Below are positions 57,400 to 64,000 of a stretch of DNA of 64,000 bases, piece by piece. The position numbers and the translations under genes were made by a program. The DNA is from a phage, in the NCBI GenBank assembly GCA_025611195.1, contig GCA_025611195.1_4718.1, one strand, 5' to 3'. The notes beneath the pieces are model-generated. The model searched no databases and was not told the DNA's origin. It worked only from the letters and a program-made list of their open reading frames with translations. How positions within the stretch are numbered: the first letter of the stretch is position 1; the number at the start of each line of letters is the position of its first letter.

Positions 57400-58167
57400 T
57401 TACTTATTTTTGCTTTCTTTATAGACAGTTGTTACCCACGATGGGAAAGCCGGATGGAAACAGAGCGTGAACGTAACTGTCGTATCGTATTTAAACGCGC
57501 AGTTCACTAACCGGGTATCGAACGTTTTCCTTAGACCATCATCATCGTTATCGATGACAGCCATATCTCTTAATATCCCAAGCACGTTAACGCCGTCGAG
57601 TGTCTGGGTTACGACAAGTCGTCGTAATGGCCCGCATGTATAGTCACGTACAAATCCTTTCTTCGGGTCCGATACCCTGTTTAACGCATCGTGATTTTTG
57701 ATGAATTCATCGGCGATACAATAGGTTTGTTCCCTTGCTTTATCGGGATCGTATTCTGCTAATAGTTCCTTCGTGTCGAACGTTATCATGTTATTATCAT
57801 TCGATTCAGAAGGGAAACATAAAACTAAACGAACAGGGTATTCGTATTGATCTGTTCTTGTTTCGAAAGCATTAGCTAGACACGGCTTGTATGCCTTTGC
57901 GTCGACATTGTCCAAACATGGATGCAATAATGCATGAATAACGGCACCATCGTCAGTTAAACCGAATTCCAGAAATTGTACTTTATCAGTATCCGCTACG
58001 GTTTTCTGAAGATACGCTTTACCGTTTACGATATCGGTATCCCACATATCGTCGTTTAACGATTCTTCAAACTTATCGAATATATGGTTTACGAGATTGA
58101 CGAGTTCATCAATACGGCACTGTTGGTTGAATTCGATTAATCGCTGAACTTTATCTTTGATAGACAT
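57400..58167 (-). CDS. small paralog family member 6 (255 aa, apparently two-domain)
   Basis: YEYPVRLVLCFPS...EYDPD signature plus a second VTFTLCFHP strand. Confidence 0.7.
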   Translation of the reverse strand: MSIKDKVQRLIEFNQQCRIDELVNLVNHIFDKFEESLNDDMWDTDIVNGKAYLQKTVADTDKVQFLEFGLTDDGAVIHALLHPCLDNVDAKAYKPCLANAFETRTDQYEYPVRLVLCFPSESNDNNMITFDTKELLAEYDPDKAREQTYCIADEFIKNHDALNRVSDPKKGFVRDYTCGPLRRLVVTQTLDGVNVLGILRDMAVIDNDDDGLRKTFDTRLVNCAFKYDTTVTFTLCFHPAFPSWVTTVYKESKNK

Positions 58168-58169
58168 GA

Positions 58170-58628
58170 TTACCCCTTAGTTTCTTCTTCGTCTGGAGAG
58201 TACTCCATTGTGTAGAATTCATAACCATCGGAAAACTTGAGTGTTAATGTAATAGGGAAATCGCACGGCATAGCTGATTTCGTAAACGCGTTATTAGCAA
58301 CATCAGCCAACCGACGTATAGCATCAGTCCCGCTGACGCTGAACGGTAGTTGTATGTTGATAAGGATGCGGTGCTTGTAAACATGGAAAACAACGGTACT
58401 GTCAAGATAAACGCTATGGAACGGTATTGTTGGGATGCGTTCCACGATGGTAAAATACGTCCCGTCATTATCGCTATGTCCCATCGACCAAATATCGGAT
58501 TTGCGTAGATTTTGTTTGAGGGATTCGATACTTCGAGTGACGGTATCAACAACAGGCGTGACGTAAGTGTCTTTATGCGAGTCGAAAAGTTCGTTGACGT
58601 TAGATTCGAATGAATACATTGTTGCCAT
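58170..58628 (-). CDS. small paralog family member 7 (152 aa)
   Basis: QLPFSVSGTDAIRRLADVANNAF...CDFPITLTLKFSDGYEFYTMEYSPDEE; start ATG overlaps upstream stop (TAATG). Confidence 0.75.
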   Translation of the reverse strand: MATMYSFESNVNELFDSHKDTYVTPVVDTVTRSIESLKQNLRKSDIWSMGHSDNDGTYFTIVERIPTIPFHSVYLDSTVVFHVYKHRILINIQLPFSVSGTDAIRRLADVANNAFTKSAMPCDFPITLTLKFSDGYEFYTMEYSPDEEETKG

Positions 58629-59089
58629 TATTCTACCTCTTTCTTCATCTTCATCGGAACAGAGAGTGCTGTTATCTCTGTTCCATTATCCGGTTCATAC
58701 TCCAATGTAACGAGATTGCAGCCATCCGATAATTCATAATCGATCGCTAGGGGGAACGAGACACCGTGCGACTTTATGCATTTACCAAATGTCTCGTTGG
58801 CTGTATACATTAGAAGTTGCTTTGCGGCAAGCCCGTTTACGCTGAAAGGTAATCGTGCTGTCGCAGCGATACGATTATTGTAAACTCTGATATCGGTGAT
58901 ATCTACAATCGTAGCATTGCCGTGTTGTGTCGTTGGAACGGATAGGCTGTAGAAGTAAGGTTCGGAGTCGGAATCGGGCTCGTTAAATAATTCCCAGCAC
59001 CCGTCCTCCTGCAATCTTACTTCGAGTATTTCAAAGCTTTTAATTATCGATTCTACCAGCTGCTCACCGTAAGAATCCCATGTCGTCAT
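58628..59089 (-). CDS. small paralog family member 8 (about 153 aa)
   Basis: Track start GTG 59107; AAGGTG SD then ATG 59089. RLPFSVNGLAAKQLL...VSFPLAIDYELSDGCNLVTLEYEPDNG. Confidence 0.7.
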   Translation of the reverse strand: MTTWDSYGEQLVESIIKSFEILEVRLQEDGCWELFNEPDSDSEPYFYSLSVPTTQHGNATIVDITDIRVYNNRIAATARLPFSVNGLAAKQLLMYTANETFGKCIKSHGVSFPLAIDYELSDGCNLVTLEYEPDNGTEITALSVPMKMKKEVE

Positions 59090-59159
59090 TTTTAACACCT
59101 TCGACACCTTTTAACCGATGCGTGCCCCACCTAACAAGGGACACGATATCGTTGATTAA

Positions 59160-59654
59160 TTACTCTTCTGTGTTTTCATTGTCAGGATCGTAATGGAATT
59201 CGAACAGCCCTGAACCGTCATGTCCGTTGATTGTTAGTATAACGGGCATATCGAATCCTCGGACGCGCGAATGAAAACACTGTGCTAATTTTAGTTTGGC
59301 GTATGCCGCTATTTCATTGACGGCAATACACGACTCACCTGTTATACTCAGTATAACGTCGATACTAACAACGTTGTCGTGCAACGCAAAACGCCAGCGA
59401 TCGATACGATTATTATCTTTAGCAGCTGTCTCGTTTACGAGATAGACTTTATCGTCAACTGACAAAGCAGGGCTCCAGCAACGTTCGTTTATTAAATTCG
59501 CCTGGAGTTTTAGTATCGTCTGATCAATAATATCCCAACACGCAACCAGTGTGGTGTCGGGCACTGAACAGAGAAGGGCGAGCACTTTATCCTTTATTTT
59601 AAGTGCTTCCACAGAGCGTCCGCAAATACCATGCATTTCAACCTTCTTATTCAT
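59160..59654 (-). CDS. small paralog family member 9 (about 164 aa)
   Basis: Track start GTG 59660; AGAGGTG SD then ATG 59654. ...FDMPVILTINGHDGSGLFEFHYDPDNE. Confidence 0.7.
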   Translation of the reverse strand: MNKKVEMHGICGRSVEALKIKDKVLALLCSVPDTTLVACWDIIDQTILKLQANLINERCWSPALSVDDKVYLVNETAAKDNNRIDRWRFALHDNVVSIDVILSITGESCIAVNEIAAYAKLKLAQCFHSRVRGFDMPVILTINGHDGSGLFEFHYDPDNENTEE

Positions 59655-59697
59655 ATTCACCTCTTTCTTAATCTAAATGTTAGTTGGGGTGGGATGC

Positions 59698-60300
59698 TTA
59701 CATGCTTTCTAGCATATTGACGATCATGGAACCCATACCGAAACTCGGTCTCTCGCCAATGTACTCAGCAAGCTGACGATGAACGTCTTTTGGATTCCCT
59801 TCTTCACCGTCGGCGTCGATGTAAACCGAAAAAGAAAATGAATCGCAATCCACGCTGATAACCAGACGACGCTCATTGCGTTCCTTGAGTGTGTCGACAA
59901 TAGCTGCTTTCAGTACTGCGATCGCGTTCATCGCGTGCAAGATATCTCCATCGGGTTTCGGCAGATCGATCTTTTCTTTCAGGTCGATATTGATGTTGGT
60001 TACAATTGGATTGAGGTCGACCTTGACATAATCGTTAGGGTACATGCGAATAATCGCACGATCGATATCTGAACCGTAAAAGTCAACACGCGGCTTTAAC
60101 ACTTCTTTGTTTGGATCCATGTTTTCATCCATACCCGCCTGTAGAAAGCGTTCTACGTTATCCAGTTCACGATAGATTGACGCTTCGATTTCTTTCAGAT
60201 AGTTGGCTGCGGTTTCATGTTCTTTACGCAGCTCGTCTTTAAGGAGCTGTACGGTGGTTTCACTGGAACGAATGCTGTTTGCGAACTGGGTAATTGACAT
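59698..60300 (-). CDS. hypothetical small protein (200 aa)
   Basis: Track ORF extends to 60390 across terminator 60357-60377; AAGGAA SD then ATG 60300. Confidence 0.65.
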   Translation of the reverse strand: MSITQFANSIRSSETTVQLLKDELRKEHETAANYLKEIEASIYRELDNVERFLQAGMDENMDPNKEVLKPRVDFYGSDIDRAIIRMYPNDYVKVDLNPIVTNINIDLKEKIDLPKPDGDILHAMNAIAVLKAAIVDTLKERNERRLVISVDCDSFSFSVYIDADGEEGNPKDVHRQLAEYIGERPSFGMGSMIVNMLESM

Positions 60301-60349
60301 ATCGAATTCCTTAAATTCTCTTGAGTTCAATTGATGATGAAAAGCTGTT

Positions 60350-60377
60350 AAAAAAATGGTGGGGTTCTCCCCCACCA
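60350..60377 (-). terminator. canonical intrinsic terminator (minus strand): hairpin plus U7
   Basis: Minus-strand RNA would read GGUGGGG-gagaa-CCCCACC followed by UUUUUUU (plus 60350-60356). Confidence 0.65.
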
Positions 60378-60400
60378 AAACGTCAGACACACGCAGAAAA

Positions 60401-60823
60401 TCAATTCAGTGATGCATACAACGCATAACGACTGTAGATTTCAACCGCTGGTCCATTATGCGTTAACAGACCATCTCGGTTGTAGTATTGGAAAAATGAA
60501 TAACGTTTGTCGAAGTGATAAACGAAAGCAATGTCTTTGCCAAGACCTGTGATGTGCGGTCTGTTTTTATCTAGCAATGCTTTGACTTTTAACAGTGTTG
60601 CCGCACGCGCTTTAACATTAGGGATTAATCCATCACAGTCGATATAAATCGTGTAACCTGTTTCTGATGCTGCGACAGTTGTATTGCGATTGACGCGAAA
60701 GATTTTTGTTTTGTATGTATCATCTTCAAGGATTGGGTTTTGTTTTTCGTATTTTCGTTTACGCAGAAATTCTACAACGGTAATATAGTTAGCGGTAATA
60801 TGTCCGGTTATAGCTTGTAACAT
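60401..60823 (-). CDS. hypothetical small protein (140 aa)
   Basis: ATG 60823 is about 65-95 nt downstream of conserved promoter-like motif 60889-60918; followed by a canonical terminator. Confidence 0.65.
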   Translation of the reverse strand: MLQAITGHITANYITVVEFLRKRKYEKQNPILEDDTYKTKIFRVNRNTTVAASETGYTIYIDCDGLIPNVKARAATLLKVKALLDKNRPHITGLGKDIAFVYHFDKRYSFFQYYNRDGLLTHNGPAVEIYSRYALYASLN

Positions 60824-60867
60824 CTTGACATCCTCTTATATTGGATTGATTACAGTTATCTTAAATA

Positions 60868-60895
60868 GGTGATAAGATATCTTGCTCTTATCACC
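60868..60895 (-). promoter_or_regulatory. hairpin overlapping the 3' end of motif copy C
   Basis: ggtgataaga-tatcttgc-tcttatcacc, 10-bp stem; stem differs from copy A by paired substitutions. Confidence 0.4.
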
Positions 60896-60918
60896 TTAGT
60901 AATATAGTCGTGAAATAG
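60889..60918 (-). promoter_or_regulatory. conserved promoter-like motif, copy C (contains TATATTAC on minus strand)
   Basis: Minus strand reads AGTCTATTTCACGACTATATTACTAAGGTGATAA, about 29 of 33 positions identical to copy A; upstream of ATG 60823. Confidence 0.5.
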
Positions 60919-60951
60919 ACTGCGTTAACAAGAAATAAAAACAGCATAAAA

Positions 60952-60989
60952 CCTCCTCCCCCATCCTTCAAGAGGACGGTGGGAAGAGG
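60952..60989. terminator. imperfect GC-rich hairpin
   Basis: cctcctccc-ccatcc-ttcaaga-ggacgg-t-gggaagagg with mismatches; minus-strand side followed by UUUUAUG and U-rich sequence. Confidence 0.4.
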
Positions 60990-60997
60990 GAGAGAGA

Positions 60998-61399
60998 TTA
61001 AATGTCGTGGACGGCAATGCCGTTTAACCAGCAATACAGCTTAACGCGACACGGATATCGCTTCGTTGCAGCAGCCATTTCATCGCGTAAACGCTGGTAG
61101 ATTTCATCCTGGTGTTCACGTTCAATGGGGTAATCAGCCCAACATTCGATCATGACGTCACCATTAGTCAAAATCGTCGTACGCATCCTGTCCTGGACAC
61201 GACGATCTTTCCCAGCATTAGGGAAATACATTCCTTCAGTACGAATAAGGTCGCCACAGGGCATGACTAACCATTCGTTCGTTTTGCTGGTATTCTTATA
61301 ATCCAATACAGCTTGCATTGCGGTGTCAACGCTAAAAGAAACATAATTCCAAACGGGGGTCCAACGATAGATTGCAGGTTGTTCAAGTGTTTCGTTCAT
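60998..61399 (-). CDS. hypothetical small protein (133 aa)
   Basis: AGGAAAAG SD before ATG 61399; TATG 49 nt upstream; bounded by hairpins on both sides. Confidence 0.65.
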   Translation of the reverse strand: MNETLEQPAIYRWTPVWNYVSFSVDTAMQAVLDYKNTSKTNEWLVMPCGDLIRTEGMYFPNAGKDRRVQDRMRTTILTNGDVMIECWADYPIEREHQDEIYQRLRDEMAAATKRYPCRVKLYCWLNGIAVHDI

Positions 61400-61456
61400 G
61401 AGGCGCTTTTCCTATTTTTTATTTTCTGCACAGGATAAATTCAACGGCATAAAGCC

Positions 61457-61484
61457 CTTCCCTGCCCTTATATGGGGCGGGAAG
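61457..61484. terminator. GC-rich hairpin with bulges
   Basis: cttccctgccc-ttatat-ggggcgggaag; CATA 61448-61451 and TATG 61488-61491. Confidence 0.45.
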
Positions 61485-61614
61485 AGTTTATGACCGCAAT
61501 GAGAATCTCTCACGACAAGCTCACGACGATTATCGCATCACCCCGCGAGTGAGGGAGATCAGGATCACCTCCTACGTCGTAATGACAGCAATCCTGTTAA
61601 CGTCGCCTTAGGCA

Positions 61615-62253
61615 TTATGCAAAGCGACGCATGTAACCTGCCAGATAGTTACGCGTATCGAAGTAGGCGATTTCAGGAATTGCGATATTAAGGTCGATAG
61701 CGCGGATTTCAACTTGGCGACGGCTTTCATCATAGATCGCATCCATCAGACGCAGTACTGTCAGGAAAGCCATGCGGGTATGGTAGTCCAGCGGCATGTT
61801 ATCGATACCGCGATACAGATAACGGTTTGCGTTAAACGCCCCTTCACTGTTATCTTTCCAGATCTTCAGAATATCAGCAAAAGCGGCGCGGAAAACCTCA
61901 GGATTATCCACATCCAGTAACGCACGGAAGGCAGACATCAAAGATCGCTGATGACGGATCAAGGACTGCGGCGTTTGCGGCATGGTCGGACCCATTTCTT
62001 CCGCATATTTCTGGAACGGGGCGACCAGGGTTGCGGCACGAGAAGCAACGATAGAAACAGCAGGCGATTCTTTCACCGCTGGTTTCGCAGGCTTTTCTTC
62101 AACGGTGGTTTCCTTCTTCTCAACAGCAACCGTTTCCGGTTGTGCTACAACGTTGTTGGTCGGAGCAGCAGTCGCACCATTTTCCACGGCGGTCTCTACT
62201 GCTGTAATCTTTTCTTCCATTTGTGCGGAACGTTGGTCTTTATTCTTGCTCAT
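61615..62253 (-). CDS. hypothetical protein (212 aa) immediately downstream of the RNAP beta-prime fragment
   Basis: Ala/Glu/Val-rich N-terminus then a helical domain; no recognised motif. Confidence 0.7.
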   Translation of the reverse strand: MSKNKDQRSAQMEEKITAVETAVENGATAAPTNNVVAQPETVAVEKKETTVEEKPAKPAVKESPAVSIVASRAATLVAPFQKYAEEMGPTMPQTPQSLIRHQRSLMSAFRALLDVDNPEVFRAAFADILKIWKDNSEGAFNANRYLYRGIDNMPLDYHTRMAFLTVLRLMDAIYDESRRQVEIRAIDLNIAIPEIAYFDTRNYLAGYMRRFA

Positions 62254-62278
62254 GTCTATTTCCTTTCATTTAACAAGG

Positions 62279-63580
62279 TTAACTAATATAAAGTTCAGGA
62301 TCGTAAGGCGCTAATGATACACTGGCGTTATGCATTGCTTTCATCATAGTGTTCATGAAAACGTTGTTTACACCGGTGATCTCTGCCCCGATCGCGTCTG
62401 GGGTTGGAGCCATCGCGTTACCGCAACAGGTAGCACAGTATTCCAATGGACCTGCTTTACAGCGCTGAGGATCGCGTAACTTGATGGTTTGTCCTTCCAA
62501 GGAAGCGAGTAATTCAGCATCAATAAGTTTAAGCGCTGCGCCGTCGATCATGTAACGGCCGACAAGTAGCTTATCTTTGATGTGGTCGCGGTTTACCGTG
62601 AACAGAATATGTTCTTGGGTGCCGCAGTCGTCCATCGTGATTTTAAGGTTCTGTGTTGCGCGTTGTGATTCTTTAGCCGTTTGTCCAGCTAAAGCGGTCA
62701 ACGCACCACGTGAGAACGAACCAGCACGTGCACTGTTGTTGTACTCCGCCCAATGGTCGACACGCATCCCTTCAGCCAGGCTGTGTGTGATAACGTTACG
62801 TTTACCAGGGTCAACGAAGTCAGCCTCAACCCCCATCATGATGTGCGTTTTCTTTCGAGTATTACCGAAACTCTTGCCAGGGTTAATATAGAACCCTTCC
62901 GATTCATCGCCCTTAAAGGATTCCTTATCCATTTTGGTTAGCGTGGCTTCGAGTTTGATCAGTTCTTCAGGCGTGAACTTACCTTCCTCTTGCAAACGCG
63001 CTAACTCTTTATCACGATAGGCAATAATATCATCGTCGACCGTTAACGCTTTATCGCTCATCGATGGCACAATCAAACGGTTGATAGCGGTTAATGCGCT
63101 GATATTGTTGGTGAATTTCTTCACTTCGCTTGCGTATAGCGGGCCAATCGGACGTTCGTTAGGATCGGGTATTCCCTCTTCAGGGTCGTCTGCTACGCGT
63201 GGCGCAATCAGTGATTCTAGTGTACCGCTGGTCAACCGTCCTGCCTGATATTCAATCTGAATACCGAAAGCATCATAAAGGACGTACATATTGAACAACG
63301 CTTCACCGAAGGTTGTGGCGGTTGTGTTCTTAACCGACGGTAGATCACCAGGTGCAAGCTCCAACGGCTCCCAGAAATTCAACAAGGGTTTTGTTGGTTC
63401 TGTTTCCCATTGGTGTTCTTCACCGTCGATGGTAACCGTAACGATGTTACCTTGACGACGTAATTTAGGCTGATACTTCTCAGCACCGCCTTCCGTAAAA
63501 GCAAATGCGTCGTTAATCCATTCAAGATAACGGTAGTGCCCTTCACGCAACGCGTAAAGGAAATAATCACGAGGTGTCAT
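62279..63580 (-). CDS. multisubunit RNA polymerase beta-prime homolog, C-terminal fragment (bridge helix to trigger loop)
   Basis: AAAAGGAG SD before ATG 63580. GALTALAGQTAKES...MDDCGTQEHILF resembles the bacterial bridge helix plus DDCGT; CATCCGN...AIGAEITGVNNVFMNTMMKAMH resembles the trigger-loop region. No NADFDGD motif, so the catalytic N-terminal half is encoded elsewhere. Confidence 0.7.
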   Translation of the reverse strand: MTPRDYFLYALREGHYRYLEWINDAFAFTEGGAEKYQPKLRRQGNIVTVTIDGEEHQWETEPTKPLLNFWEPLELAPGDLPSVKNTTATTFGEALFNMYVLYDAFGIQIEYQAGRLTSGTLESLIAPRVADDPEEGIPDPNERPIGPLYASEVKKFTNNISALTAINRLIVPSMSDKALTVDDDIIAYRDKELARLQEEGKFTPEELIKLEATLTKMDKESFKGDESEGFYINPGKSFGNTRKKTHIMMGVEADFVDPGKRNVITHSLAEGMRVDHWAEYNNSARAGSFSRGALTALAGQTAKESQRATQNLKITMDDCGTQEHILFTVNRDHIKDKLLVGRYMIDGAALKLIDAELLASLEGQTIKLRDPQRCKAGPLEYCATCCGNAMAPTPDAIGAEITGVNNVFMNTMMKAMHNASVSLAPYDPELYIS

Positions 63581-63593
63581 GTAACAACTCCTT

Positions 63594-64000
63594 TTAAACG
63601 TGGGTCAGGTCACCGTGACGTGAAACGAACTCTGATAACGCTCGGGTTGCTTCTTTGGATTCTTCAACCATCGGGAAGTTTGTGGTAACAAGTTCTCGTA
63701 GGACAGGAATGATTTCATTATCTTCGAGATCGGAAGCTAACGCGAATGCGATCAGTTCTTGGGCGTACGCATACGGCTGCTGACGTAATGCGGCAAGCTG
63801 ATTCCGACACTGCGACATTAGCAGGTCCAGTGGAACCGCTATTGTACCCCCTTCATCAATATACTGACCGAATACCGGTGGGAACGCATCGCTGATTACA
63901 CGAATTCGTCGACGGATGCGATCAGGAATCTGGACGTTTTCTTCGTCGGCGATATTTTCGCTGTCTTTCTCCAGCTTCTTGGTTAACACCTGCTGGATAC
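63594..64000 (-). CDS. hypothetical protein, C-terminal part only (N-terminus beyond window end)
   Basis: Frame stays open upstream of the track start (GTG 63989) to the window edge. Confidence 0.5.
   Translation of the reverse strand, partial: IQQVLTKKLEKDSENIADEENVQIPDRIRRRIRVISDAFPPVFGQYIDEGGTIAVPLDLLMSQCRNQLAALRQQPYAYAQELIAFALASDLEDNEIIPVLRELVTTNFPMVEESKEATRALSEFVSRHGDLTHV

Noticed and set aside
59698-60390. Full-length track ORF 59698-60390
   Set aside because: Its first 30 codons run through the canonical terminator 60350-60377; ATG 60300 with AAGGAA SD is the credible start.
8623-61484. Possibility that the recurring GC-rich palindromes are a CRISPR array or a mobile repeat (MITE/REP)
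   Set aside because: They are single copies at gene boundaries tens of kb apart, with no regular repeat-spacer periodicity and no terminal inverted repeats or target duplications.
1-64000. tRNA or rRNA genes
   Set aside because: The few intergenic regions above 100 nt (14888-15218, 17442-17590, 52966-53186, 60824-60997, 61400-61614) show no T-loop GGTTCGA-type sequence or cloverleaf-sized structure; this was checked by eye only.

Overview
The window is densely coding (about 55 genes, most on the minus strand, short or overlapping junctions) and reads as part of a phiKZ-like (Chimalliviridae-type) jumbo phage genome, probably infecting an enterobacterium; it is not a bacterial chromosome. Everything here is motif recognition by eye on the translated ORFs; no database search or computation was run. 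Supporting evidence: a 740-aa putative major capsid protein with strongly host-optimised codons; at least eight paralogous head-type proteins with Ala/Glu-rich N-terminal propeptides (A-x-E style protease sites) like phiKZ inner-body/ejection proteins; a fragment of a multisubunit RNA polymerase beta-prime (bridge helix, DDCGT, trigger-loop region only); an N-terminal fragment of a family-B DNA polymerase (exonuclease motifs plus motif A, no motif B or C); a DnaB-family helicase. The best candidate for an undescribed system is an operon of nine diverged small paralogous genes (55036-59654) between the polymerase fragments; its function is unknown. Other accessory content: three insulated small singleton genes, a membrane-anchored HExxH metallopeptidase, a tail-anchored coiled-coil protein with a tandem repeat, and a Gln/Tyr/Pro-rich protein. 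Regulatory architecture is conspicuous: more than 15 GC-rich palindromic hairpins with compensatory stem changes at operon boundaries, flanked by CATA/TATG dyads, and three copies of a roughly 30-nt TATATTAC-containing promoter-like motif. No rRNA, tRNA, CRISPR array, integrase or transposase was seen. Several track ORFs begin at GTG/TTG; where an in-frame ATG or GTG with a Shine-Dalgarno (SD) lies just downstream I give the shorter coordinates.
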